DNA from: an uncultured Chroococcidiopsis sp.
GTDB lineage: Bacteria > Cyanobacteriota > Cyanobacteriia > Cyanobacteriales > Chroococcidiopsidaceae
Length of the DNA: 64,000 nucleotides
NCBI GenBank assembly: GCA_964248365.1
Contig: CAXTYC010000017.1
Span: 32,001 to 96,000 of the forward strand
Direction: 5' to 3'
Part shown: positions 41,874 through 51,428 of the stretch, piece after piece
Numbering within the stretch: position 1 is the first letter of the stretch
Layout: every line of letters begins with the position of its first letter
The notes under the pieces: model-generated
What the model saw: the letters and a program-made list of their open reading frames with translations, nothing else
Databases searched by the model: none
What the model was told of the DNA's origin: nothing
Made by a program: the position numbers and the translations under genes

Positions 41874-42902
41874 ATGTCACGTATTGTTACTTATAGTCCA
41901 GCATACACACTCGTACCGACTTATGAGTGCTTTAATCGCTGCACCTACTGCAACTTTCGCACCGATCCAGGTGATAGTGCTTGGATGAGCCTAAAAGCGG
42001 CAGAAACATTACTCAAGGGACTACAAAACCAAGGGATATGTGAAATCCTGATTTTGAGTGGTGAAGTGCATCCGCAAGGGGCGAGACGACAAGCATGGTT
42101 TGAGCTAATTTATGACTTATGTAAACTAGCTCTCACAATGGGTTTTTTGCCCCACACCAACGCAGGACCGCTCTCGTGGGCAGAAATGGAGCGGTTGAAA
42201 ACGGTTAATGTTTCAATGGGACTAATGCTAGAGCAAGTAACACCGCAATTGTTAAAAACTGTGCATCGCCATGCTCCGAGTAAAGTACCAGAATTAAGAT
42301 TGCAGCAGTTGGAATGGGCGGGAAAATTACAGATTCCGTTTACGACCGGGTTACTACTGGGAATTGGGGAAACACAAGCAGATTGGTGGGAAACTATAGA
42401 TGCGATCGCAAACCTTCATCAACGTTACAAACACATTCAAGAAGTTATCTTACAACCCCACAGCCCAGGTAGTGAGCAAACATTTAAAGCACCACCATTT
42501 GATCTGCATCAACTACCATTGGTAATATCTACAGCACGTCAGATTCTGCCGCCAGAAATTACTATTCAAATTCCGCCCAATTTAGTTCAAGATTCTCAAT
42601 GGTTACTTGCTTGTTTAGAGGCAGGTGCGAGAGATTTAGGCGGAATTGGACCTCATGATGAAGTAAATCCCGACTATCCCCATCCGCACTATCAAAGACT
42701 GGTAGAAATCTTAGAGCCAGCAGGGTGGAAATTAGTGCCTCGATTGCCAATTTATCCTCAGTATTACAGTTGGTTAAATTCACAATTGCTAATAGAGGGG
42801 CTAGAGGAACCAGGGGCGAGAGGAACCAGAGGCGCGAATGGTTGTTTTCTCCCACTCTCCCACTCTCCCCTGATTCCCCCTCTTGTCGATCGCTACCTTT
42901 GA
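41874..42902 (+). CDS. cofG: FO synthase subunit CofG (radical SAM)
   Basis: VTYSPAYTLVPTYECFNRCTYCNF (CxxxCxxC), PHTNAG, FTTGLLLGIGE, QIPPNL, DEVNPDYPHP. Confidence 0.9.
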   Translation: MSRIVTYSPAYTLVPTYECFNRCTYCNFRTDPGDSAWMSLKAAETLLKGLQNQGICEILILSGEVHPQGARRQAWFELIYDLCKLALTMGFLPHTNAGPLSWAEMERLKTVNVSMGLMLEQVTPQLLKTVHRHAPSKVPELRLQQLEWAGKLQIPFTTGLLLGIGETQADWWETIDAIANLHQRYKHIQEVILQPHSPGSEQTFKAPPFDLHQLPLVISTARQILPPEITIQIPPNLVQDSQWLLACLEAGARDLGGIGPHDEVNPDYPHPHYQRLVEILEPAGWKLVPRLPIYPQYYSWLNSQLLIEGLEEPGARGTRGANGCFLPLSHSPLIPPLVDRYL

Positions 42903-42970
42903 AACCCGAAGACGTAACTAATCAACTTTTTGTAGAATAAGAATAGAGAAATGAGAGGTTAAAGTAGCCT

Positions 42971-44797
42971 ATCGAGACTATCTACGGAAATCTACAGGGA
43001 CTAAAACCTAGCCAACTGAAGCAACTAGCTAAGTTGTATCATCAGCGCTTACCAGGCGATCGCCTGACGACACCTGAATTTGCTCAGCGTCTGGCGGCAA
43101 TTAGCGCAGACATTGATCATGCAGTGTGTGCCTACATTAACCGTCGAGGACAAGTGATTCGTGTGGGAGTAGGCACACCCCGACAAACCCAAATTCCACC
43201 CCTAGAATTACCCCGCTACGGTGCAGAACGACTGAGCGGTATTCGATGCCTTGCTACGCAGTTGAAATCAGAACCGCCAAATGTTGCCACCCTAACTTCA
43301 ATGGCGCTGCAAAGGCTGGATGCTCTGGTAATTTTAAATATCACCCAAGCGGGATTTGAAAAGCGGGGTGGTGGAGCTACAGGTTATGTAAAAGAAACAT
43401 ATCTGGCTCACCTAGTACCCAGCAGCTCCACGATCCATGAAAGTATGGGATCTGGGGGAGCTGGGGGAACACAAGAAAATTCCTCTCTTAGCGCCTTTGC
43501 GTCTTTGCGTGACACTAATCCAAAATCTAAAATCCAAAATTCCCTAGCCCCAGATTTCGCACCACATACCGCTTGGAGTGTATCACCGCCTTTGAGCTTG
43601 GATGTCCTGGCAAACCAAGATTTGCTTGATTTGGTAGAAGGACTAGAAGCAGAGTTTGGGCGGGAATATGTCGCCCAGCAGGTAGATGTAGAACGCGATC
43701 GCGTACTATTGGTAGGGGTAATGTCTTCAGACACGAAAGAACGGCAGTTTCAGGACAACCTGGCAGAGTTAGCGCGGTTGGTAGACACTGCTGGAGGCGA
43801 AGTATTACAGACAGTGCAACAGAAAAGAGCGCACATTCACCCCCAAACAGTAGTTGGCGCGGGAAAAGTGCAAGAAATTGCCCTGACTGCTCAAACGTTG
43901 GGAGCAAATCTAATTGTATTTGACCGTGATCTCTCACCTGCTCAAGTTCGTAACTTAGAAACCCAGATTGGGATTAGAGTAGTCGATCGCACCGAAGTCA
44001 TTTTAGATATCTTTGCACAACGCGCTCAGTCCCGCGCCGGAAAATTGCAAGTAGAACTGGCACAACTCGAATATATGTTGCCGCGACTGACTGGTAGAGG
44101 TCAAGCCATGTCGCGTTTAGGTGGCGGTATTGGTACGAGGGGTCCTGGTGAAACAAAACTAGAAACAGAGCGCCGTGCTATTAGCCGTCGCATTGCCAGA
44201 CTACAACAAGAAGTAAATCAACTGCAAGCACACCGATCGCGTTTACGTCAACAGCGCCAACATCATGAAGTTCCTTCGGTTGCGATCGTAGGCTATACCA
44301 ACGCTGGTAAGTCTACACTATTAAATGCACTAACTAATGCAGAAGTTTATACAGCCGATCAACTGTTCGCCACTCTCGACCCAACCACACGCCGCTTGGT
44401 AATTTCTGATGTGGTGACAGGTGAACCTCAACCAATTGTGCTGACAGATACCGTAGGGTTTATTCATGAATTGCCTGCATCGTTAATGGATGCCTTTCGA
44501 GCAACCCTAGAGGAAGTAACAGAAGCTGATGCATTGCTGCATTTAGTGGATTTATCCCACCCTGCTTGGCAAAGTCAACTTCGCTCAGTCATGAGCATTT
44601 TGTCAGAAATGCCAGTCACTCCAGGTCCTATACTCGTCGGTTTGAACAAAATCGATCAAGTCGATAGTGATACATTAGCACTGGCTCAATCAGAGTTTCC
44701 CCAGGCGGTTTTTATTTCAGCAGATAAACGGCTAGGCTTGGAAACCTTGCGTCAGCGACTTTCTGCACTAGTTCGCTATGCTACTGCTGCTGTGTGA
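42971..44797 (+). CDS. hflX: Ribosome-splitting GTPase HflX (probable ATC start)
   Basis: GIGTRGPGETKLE, GYTNAGKS, DQLFATLD, DTVG, NKID; the coding-like frame extends upstream of the TTG at 43034 to ATC 42971. Confidence 0.93.
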   Translation: METIYGNLQGLKPSQLKQLAKLYHQRLPGDRLTTPEFAQRLAAISADIDHAVCAYINRRGQVIRVGVGTPRQTQIPPLELPRYGAERLSGIRCLATQLKSEPPNVATLTSMALQRLDALVILNITQAGFEKRGGGATGYVKETYLAHLVPSSSTIHESMGSGGAGGTQENSSLSAFASLRDTNPKSKIQNSLAPDFAPHTAWSVSPPLSLDVLANQDLLDLVEGLEAEFGREYVAQQVDVERDRVLLVGVMSSDTKERQFQDNLAELARLVDTAGGEVLQTVQQKRAHIHPQTVVGAGKVQEIALTAQTLGANLIVFDRDLSPAQVRNLETQIGIRVVDRTEVILDIFAQRAQSRAGKLQVELAQLEYMLPRLTGRGQAMSRLGGGIGTRGPGETKLETERRAISRRIARLQQEVNQLQAHRSRLRQQRQHHEVPSVAIVGYTNAGKSTLLNALTNAEVYTADQLFATLDPTTRRLVISDVVTGEPQPIVLTDTVGFIHELPASLMDAFRATLEEVTEADALLHLVDLSHPAWQSQLRSVMSILSEMPVTPGPILVGLNKIDQVDSDTLALAQSEFPQAVFISADKRLGLETLRQRLSALVRYATAAV

Positions 44798-44800
44798 GTA

Positions 44801-44868
44801 GAGGGGCTAGGGGCTAGGGGCTAGGGGCTAGGGGCTAGGGGAAGAGGGAAAAGGGAAAAGGGAAAAGG
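44801..44868. repeat. STRR arrays (GGGGCTA)n and (GGGAAAA)n
   Basis: Direct tandem heptamers. Confidence 0.85.
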
Positions 44869-45094
44869 TAATATATACTTCGCGCCTTCACAACTTCTGT
44901 CTTCTGTCTCCTATATTCTGACTCCTGACTCCTTTCTCAAAGCTAAGTTAGACTCAACAAATACAAGAGCAAAAAAAACTTCAATTTTATCAAAAGAATA
45001 TTTATTGAGACGGAGCGGAATATTATATATGCTTTTTTCCAAACTTGCAGAGTCTATCAATTAGGCTCTCAAACTCTTCATGCCTAATTAACCA

Positions 45095-46291
45095 ATGCCA
45101 TTATCTCTATTTCAAAAATCAACTTTAAGCTTGATAGCTCTAATTAGTCTTGCAGTTACTCCTCCAGCGAAAGCTTCAGAAGTTGCTTCAGTGACTGTGG
45201 TTGCTGACGGGCTTGATAATCCAAGAGGTCTGAGCTTTGCTCCTGATGGTAGTTTGTATGTTACAGAGTCAGGAGTTGGGGGAGATGGGCGATGCATCCC
45301 AGGACCTAGTTTAGAAGGGCTTTCTTCCTGCGCTGGTAATAGTGGTGCTGTAACCAGAATTAAGGATGGTAAGCAAGAACGTGTACTTACGGGGCTACCA
45401 TCCATAGCATTAAGACCAACTGGTGATACGGGGGAAGGACCTCAAGACATCCAATTTGATTCCTACGGAAATCCTTATCTTTTAATTGGGTATGGTGGTA
45501 ATCCAACAAAGCGCGACTTTCCAGAAAATTCCCCTAGCTGGGGACAACTCTATAAAGTTGACTTTAAAACTGGTTCGTTGACAAGTATTGCTGATTTTGC
45601 CAAATATGAACTTGCTAACAATGTTGATGGAGAGGCGACGCTTGACGTTAGTGGTGAAATAGCAAGTAACCCCTATGCTTTCACAATTAAGGGTCATACT
45701 GCTTATATAGTTGATGCAGCTGCGAATGACTTGTTGAGTGTGGGACTTGATGGAAGTAGTTTGAAGGCAGTAACTGCTCTACCCAAGCAAACCATAGAAC
45801 ATCCAATTTTCCCAACTCCTGCGCCAGGACAGGTAGCACCTCCTGACGCACCGCCACCTGGTCAGATACCAGATAAAATTGATATTCAATCTGTACCAAC
45901 AGGTGTGGTAGTTGGTCCTGATGATGCCTTTTATATCAGCGAATACACTGGTTTCCCCTTTCCAGTGGGTAAAGCTAGGATCTTTCGAGTTGACCGTGAG
46001 GGTAAGACAACAGTCTACGCTGATGGGTTTACCCAACTGGCTGACTTGGCTTTCGATAAGAAAGGCAATTTATATGTTTTACAATTCGGCAATGAACCAC
46101 AATGGAAGGGAACGACAGATGGTTCTCTGATCCAGATAGCCCCAGATGGTACGAAGACAACTTTGGTCAGTGGTGAGGGACTAGAGTCGGCTACTGCCTT
46201 GACTATAGGACCCGATGGTGCTATATATGTCTCAACGAAAGGCGATCGCGCCTCCCAAGGGCAAGTTCTACGAATTGAGAAAACAAAATGA
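45095..46291 (+). CDS. ScyD/ScyE-family secreted beta-propeller protein
   Basis: Signal peptide, GLDNPRGLSFAPDGSLYVTESG, SNPY, DAAANDL, QSVPTGVVVGPD, FPFP. Confidence 0.82.
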   Translation: MPLSLFQKSTLSLIALISLAVTPPAKASEVASVTVVADGLDNPRGLSFAPDGSLYVTESGVGGDGRCIPGPSLEGLSSCAGNSGAVTRIKDGKQERVLTGLPSIALRPTGDTGEGPQDIQFDSYGNPYLLIGYGGNPTKRDFPENSPSWGQLYKVDFKTGSLTSIADFAKYELANNVDGEATLDVSGEIASNPYAFTIKGHTAYIVDAAANDLLSVGLDGSSLKAVTALPKQTIEHPIFPTPAPGQVAPPDAPPPGQIPDKIDIQSVPTGVVVGPDDAFYISEYTGFPFPVGKARIFRVDREGKTTVYADGFTQLADLAFDKKGNLYVLQFGNEPQWKGTTDGSLIQIAPDGTKTTLVSGEGLESATALTIGPDGAIYVSTKGDRASQGQVLRIEKTK

Positions 46292-46367
46292 GGAGGGGCT
46301 AGAGGCTAGAGGAACCAGAGGCTAGTCTGCCCCCCTGCCAAAGTGCTCCCCAGCTCCCCCTGCTGCC

Positions 46368-47126
46368 TCAACGAGTATTCTTCCTACCTAAGCAGTAATC
46401 TCGGCGATACCAGTGCTTAATTTTCGCTGGGGAAACACCTAGTAGATAAGAGATAATTGCTACCCAGTTCATCAGTGTGGTTTGGCAAACTCCTAATTGC
46501 TGCCAACGTCGTCCTGAAGTGAAAACTGGTGATGGGATAATCGCAATGCGTCCCAAACGTCTTAAACGGCGTATCAGTTCAAAATCTTCCATCATGGGTA
46601 GATTGGGAAAGCTGCCCATTTGTTCAAATACTGTTGAGTATAAAAATATAGCTTGGTCGCCGTAGGGCATTTGAAAAAAGCGCGATCGCCAATTTACCCC
46701 GAATTCAATTAAACGCAAACTCCACGACGCATCTATCCGCAAAGCAAACGCCCCAGCAATTACATCAGCTTGTGTCAATGTAGTACGAACTAGGGTATCA
46801 AACTGAGCAGGTAAACGAGTATCGGCGTGGAGAAATAGTAAAATATTACCAGTTGCTGATGACGCACCCGCATTCATTTGACAAGCACGACCTGAAGACG
46901 CAGACAAAACTTTTACACACATTGACTGAGCAAGTTCAACTGTGCTATCGTGACTACCGCCATCGACTACAATTACTTCCACATTCGTACCGTGTTGGGT
47001 ACTGGCGATCGCATCGGTAATAGTTTTTGCTTCATTCAGTGTGGGAATGATTATAGAAATTTTTTCGAGGCTAATAACTTGACTCCTGATTTTGTTCCCA
47101 AATCGGCAAATCCTCCGGTCGATCAA
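46368..47126 (-). CDS. GT2 glycosyltransferase (TIGR04283-type)
   Basis: ISIIIPTLNE, VDGGS, LFLHADT, PYGDQ, MEDFE, TSGRRW; start uncertain. Confidence 0.88.
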   Translation of the reverse strand: MIDRRICRFGNKIRSQVISLEKISIIIPTLNEAKTITDAIASTQHGTNVEVIVVDGGSHDSTVELAQSMCVKVLSASSGRACQMNAGASSATGNILLFLHADTRLPAQFDTLVRTTLTQADVIAGAFALRIDASWSLRLIEFGVNWRSRFFQMPYGDQAIFLYSTVFEQMGSFPNLPMMEDFELIRRLRRLGRIAIIPSPVFTSGRRWQQLGVCQTTLMNWVAIISYLLGVSPAKIKHWYRRDYCLGRKNTR

Positions 47127-47694
47127 CGTCGGCTAGCTCAGATAGATAGGCAACGGATAAGTTAAGCTTTTTGGCAATATCAATAGTTTGTTGCAATACT
47201 CGGTTTGTTCCCCAGTTAATACCAATAAATAATTCTGGGATAAAGTAGCGTAAACCGAGTAAATAATAACCACCGTCGAGCGCAGGACCAAGTACTAGAT
47301 CGTAAGAGTGTAAAGCTTCAAACGCGAGGGCAATCAAATCAGCGTTTAATTGGGGGCAATCAGTGCCAATGATCACAGCATGATCTATATTATCTTGAAA
47401 AGCAAGAGATAGCGATCGCGCCATCCTCGTACCAAGATCACCTTCGCCTTGGAGTTGGTAGACAAGATCAGATCCTAACCAATGTACCATCCGAGTTTGA
47501 TCGCCACCTGCAAAGCGTACTTCGAGGGTAATTGGGCGTTGGTGTTGCAATTGTCTGACTTGATCTAAAGTATACTCTGTCATCTGGCGTTGTAGCGTTG
47601 CTGCCCCATTTGCGCCCAAAGCCGGAATTAGTCGTGTTTTCGTCTTTCCAGGCTCTGGATAGCGGGTGAAAATAATTAAGCGTTCTTTCATCAT
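47071..47694 (-). CDS. DUF2064 / TIGR04282-type glycosyltransferase-like protein
   Basis: IFTRYPEPGKTKTRL, QGEGDLGTRM, IGTDCP, GPALDGGYYL, DVDRPEDL. Confidence 0.9.
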   Translation of the reverse strand: MMKERLIIFTRYPEPGKTKTRLIPALGANGAATLQRQMTEYTLDQVRQLQHQRPITLEVRFAGGDQTRMVHWLGSDLVYQLQGEGDLGTRMARSLSLAFQDNIDHAVIIGTDCPQLNADLIALAFEALHSYDLVLGPALDGGYYLLGLRYFIPELFIGINWGTNRVLQQTIDIAKKLNLSVAYLSELADVDRPEDLPIWEQNQESSY

Positions 47695-47924
47695 TACTTT
47701 GTACCAAGATCGCGACCGCAGCGATATATCTGATTAAACTCGCCCCTACCAGATACCAAAATTTACAATCCTAAGAGCGCCAATTTTGAATACTCGTGTA
47801 TTTTAGAATGATTATCTACCAATTTCACAGATGATATATTCTTTACACGTTTAAATCAGATAAAAGTAAAATGTAAAAGTTTCGATCTGGTCTTGCGGTC
47901 AAGCAAAAATTCAATACTATCGCA

Positions 47925-48656
47925 ATGCATAGAACAGTTGAAGTGTTACCAAATCAAACGGCGCTGATTGAGCGATCGCTCGATATTACGCTCTCAAAAA
48001 TTCAAACAGCTATCGGGGAAAGAGGGTACGCTACGATCGCCTTATCTGGTGGTAGCACCCCCAAACCACTATACGAAGCGATCGCACAGCAAAATCTACC
48101 TTGGGATAAAATTCATGTATTTTGGGGTGATGAGCGCTATGTTCCCGCCGATCATCCAGATAGTAATCAATTAATGGCTCGTCGCGCTTGGCTAGATCGA
48201 GTTGATATTCCAGCCCAAAACATCCACGCGATGCCAACAGAAGAACCCGATCCGGCAGATGCTGCCCGTGAATATGAAGCACATATACAAGAGTTTTTCC
48301 ATACTCAGCCTGGGGAATTTCCAACTGTGGATCTAAATTTGCTAGGCATGGGAGATGATGGACATACAGCATCTTTATTTCCCCACACACCAGCATTGCA
48401 AGTGCGCGATCGCCTAATTACTGTAGGCTCAAAAGATGGGCAGCCCCGCATCACCTTTACCTTTCCAATGATCAATCACTCTCGCTGTGTCGTGTTTGTA
48501 GTAGCTGGTGCTAACAAACGACTTGCATTAGCTCAAATCTTTGCTCCCGCAGCTGATGACTTTACCTACCCAGCGCGACTAGTCCAACCTGAAGGAGAAC
48601 TTTGGTGGCTGCTCGACTGGCAAGCAGGGATGGATTTACAAGTTAATAATGGCTAA
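47925..48656 (+). CDS. pgl: 6-phosphogluconolactonase
   Basis: LSGGSTP, FWGDERYVP, LLGMGDDGHTASLFP. Confidence 0.95.
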   Translation: MHRTVEVLPNQTALIERSLDITLSKIQTAIGERGYATIALSGGSTPKPLYEAIAQQNLPWDKIHVFWGDERYVPADHPDSNQLMARRAWLDRVDIPAQNIHAMPTEEPDPADAAREYEAHIQEFFHTQPGEFPTVDLNLLGMGDDGHTASLFPHTPALQVRDRLITVGSKDGQPRITFTFPMINHSRCVVFVVAGANKRLALAQIFAPAADDFTYPARLVQPEGELWWLLDWQAGMDLQVNNG

Positions 48657-49014
48657 GTTAAGCTAATGTGCTTGGTGTTGCATAAAAGATAGTCAGCTAA
48701 TTTTAGATTTTGGATGCCCAGATTTTAGATTAACAAGGCGGTTCGAGGGAAAGAGTATTCTTCCCCCCGACACGCCGCCCCATAACGCGCATTGAGGTTC
48801 CAGCAAATAATCAAGATAACTTGTTTTTATCCATAACCCCTGTTAAGTTCCAGCAAACCTATGAATTTTGGATTCAAACAGATAAACCCTAATCTAAAAT
48901 CTGTCTTGGAAAGTTTGGCGGGACCCAAACCGACACCGCCAACTTTCCGCAAAATGCAAAATCTCTGCTGCGATCGCTCCTTTCTCCGCTGATTTTGATG
49001 CAAGGATAAACTTC

Positions 49015-49764
49015 ATGATCGTCTGCCCGAACTGCAATCACCCCAACCCAGAGGGAGCGCAAGCCTGTGAAGCTTGCTATACCCCCTTACCAGCCACTAC
49101 AGGTTGTCCTAACTGTGGCACTCCTGTGCAAACAGATTCCAGATTCTGTGGACAATGTGGCTTTGACCTGCATTCTAGTACAGCAACAGCAACACATCCT
49201 AGTGTCAGCGGTGAATTGCCTCCTACATTACCAGACTTAAATACTCCACCGCCGCTTGTCCAGCCACCAGTGGTAGAGTCTAGGCTAATCATATCCAGCT
49301 CCACACCCAGCTCTACACCAGAACCACCTACAGAAGTAACATCTAGGGCAAATAGCACCTCAGTTAGCCCTTCCCCTCCCCCCAGTCAACCTACACCCGA
49401 ACAAGTCGCGGCAAGTTCCAAAACTCAATTGCAGCAGTACAAAGCACAGCTTTTGCACGTACAATCTAATACAGCCATTGAGTTACCACAAAACTTATCT
49501 GTGATTCATATTGGCAAGCCTAATGACCGGATTCCGCCAGATATAGATGTTGCCGGATTTGCCAATTCAGAGATTGTATCCAGAATTCATGCTGATATTC
49601 GTCTAGAGGGCGATGCATATTACATAGAGGATATGAAAAGCTCTAATGGTACATACGTCAATAATCTGCCGCTTTTACCAGGTAATCGCCATCGTTTGCG
49701 AGTAGGCGATCGCATAGCATTGGGTAAAGGAGACTTGGTAACATTCCTGTTTCAGGTTTCTTAG
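49015..49764 (+). CDS. Double zinc-ribbon + Pro-rich linker + FHA domain protein
   Basis: Four CxxC pairs; VSRIHA, SSNGTYVN. Confidence 0.88.
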   Translation: MIVCPNCNHPNPEGAQACEACYTPLPATTGCPNCGTPVQTDSRFCGQCGFDLHSSTATATHPSVSGELPPTLPDLNTPPPLVQPPVVESRLIISSSTPSSTPEPPTEVTSRANSTSVSPSPPPSQPTPEQVAASSKTQLQQYKAQLLHVQSNTAIELPQNLSVIHIGKPNDRIPPDIDVAGFANSEIVSRIHADIRLEGDAYYIEDMKSSNGTYVNNLPLLPGNRHRLRVGDRIALGKGDLVTFLFQVS

Positions 49765-49794
49765 CTGCTATTAGCTCCATTTTCTGCCCTCAAA

Positions 49795-50109
49795 GTGATT
49801 ACAATTATTCTTCTGCATCCCCAGAACGCTACTGCAATTCAAAGTTGGACATTTAAAGATGAATCAGTCATCCGCATTGGACGGGCGACAGATAATGATG
49901 TCGTTTTGTTGAGTGCTGTAGTTTCCCGCCATCATGCCGAACTACGACAGACGAAAAAAAATTGGGAAATTATGAATTTAGGTGCTAATGGTACTTATTT
50001 AAATGATGAATTCCTAACTGAAACAGTACCATTAGTCGATGGAGGAATTTTGCGTCTGGCTATATCTGGTCCAAAACTCCAAGTTCGGTTTGGTGCAGTT
50101 CCTTTGTAG
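49795..50109 (+). CDS. Stand-alone FHA domain protein
   Basis: IGRATDND, VSRHHA, GANGTY. Confidence 0.88.
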   Translation: MITIILLHPQNATAIQSWTFKDESVIRIGRATDNDVVLLSAVVSRHHAELRQTKKNWEIMNLGANGTYLNDEFLTETVPLVDGGILRLAISGPKLQVRFGAVPL

Positions 50110-50246
50110 CAAAAAAAAGATAATAAATTAGCTTTTGGATAATTGGTAATTGGAGAAAGGGAAAAGGGAAAAGGTAATTCGTAATTTCCCCTTACCCCCC
50201 TCTGCCCCTCTGCTGCCATAACGAAAAGTATTAAACTAGGATGAGA

Positions 50247-50969
50247 TTAGCCAGCGATCGCAGCTAAAGAAAGCTTCAATTCTACTGTTTGTTTTTCTAG
50301 TTCCCCAGTTTGAATTTGTAACTCATATAGATTATCTTTTAGCTGGTGTCTCAGTTCTCTAATAATTACTAAATCTTGCTCCAGTTCTTGTTTTTGGTTT
50401 TGGAGTTGGATAATTTTGGCTTGTAAGTGATTCGTTTGAGTTCGCATAAAGTCACAGCTAGCTTCTATATTCTGTTTTTCTTGTTCGATATAACATAAGT
50501 AATTATGTAGCTCAGCTTGACGTTGCTGCGCGATCGCAACTTGATTTTGTAAGTCATGAACTGTTGCTACTAATTGTTTTTTATTAGTTGCTAGAGAGAT
50601 TACGTCTTGACTTAGTTGTTGCTGCTCCCTACGTTGTTCAGAAATTTCAGTATAAAGATAACTCAACTCTAATTTTAAAAAGTTGAGCTTAGCTTCTAGA
50701 CGATGTTTTTCAGTAGCATTTGTCCAAATAGATTGCTGCAATTCTATCCGCTGTCTCTCAAGTTGGTAGATTTGAGCTTTAAGATTGTTTATTATAGGCT
50801 TGTGCCGCATTCGCTCTGTGCCATTGACAACAAAAACAGCCGCATAAGTGGCAAATACAGAGATTAAACCTGTAAGTAAAGCAGGTTTGATATCTCTGTT
50901 CACAAATAGACTAAAACCAAAAGCGACACCAAAACTAACTGAACTTAGAAGTAGTTGATTGTTTAGCAT
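50247..50969 (-). CDS. Hypothetical protein with two N-terminal TM segments and a coiled coil
   Basis: Hydrophobic N-terminus, Q/L/E heptads. Confidence 0.75.
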   Translation of the reverse strand: MLNNQLLLSSVSFGVAFGFSLFVNRDIKPALLTGLISVFATYAAVFVVNGTERMRHKPIINNLKAQIYQLERQRIELQQSIWTNATEKHRLEAKLNFLKLELSYLYTEISEQRREQQQLSQDVISLATNKKQLVATVHDLQNQVAIAQQRQAELHNYLCYIEQEKQNIEASCDFMRTQTNHLQAKIIQLQNQKQELEQDLVIIRELRHQLKDNLYELQIQTGELEKQTVELKLSLAAIAG

Positions 50970-51428
50970 ACAAGAGGGAGTAGGGAGTAGCGCTCAGAAC
51001 GAGGCAAGAGAGGGAGTAGGGGATAATCAATTATCAATGTTCGCGCTTGTTGCCGCCGGCTACAATAAACAATTGACAATTGACTTGTCCTAATCTATCT
51101 ACCCCCGCTATATGAGGTACAGTAGCAAATAGCAGTCGTTCTATAGATAAGTAATTGCAAGATGACTAAAGAAATGATTTTTAAGTAGAAACACATAAAT
51201 TAGTAACCAAAAAACTAAACATATTCAAAAAGCAAATAAGTCTAAAGCTCGGATAGAATTAAAACAATTAGCAATACTAACTTGTTATATTAGGGAACGC
51301 CTATAGCAAAAACCATGAAGATGAATGTATTCATCATGCCTTAGAGGTAAAAAATGAGTGACAAGAGGGTTCTTGATTGCTAGGCTTCTTGCTCCAAAAG
51401 ATATGTAGTTGACGCAGGGCGGTGAAAA

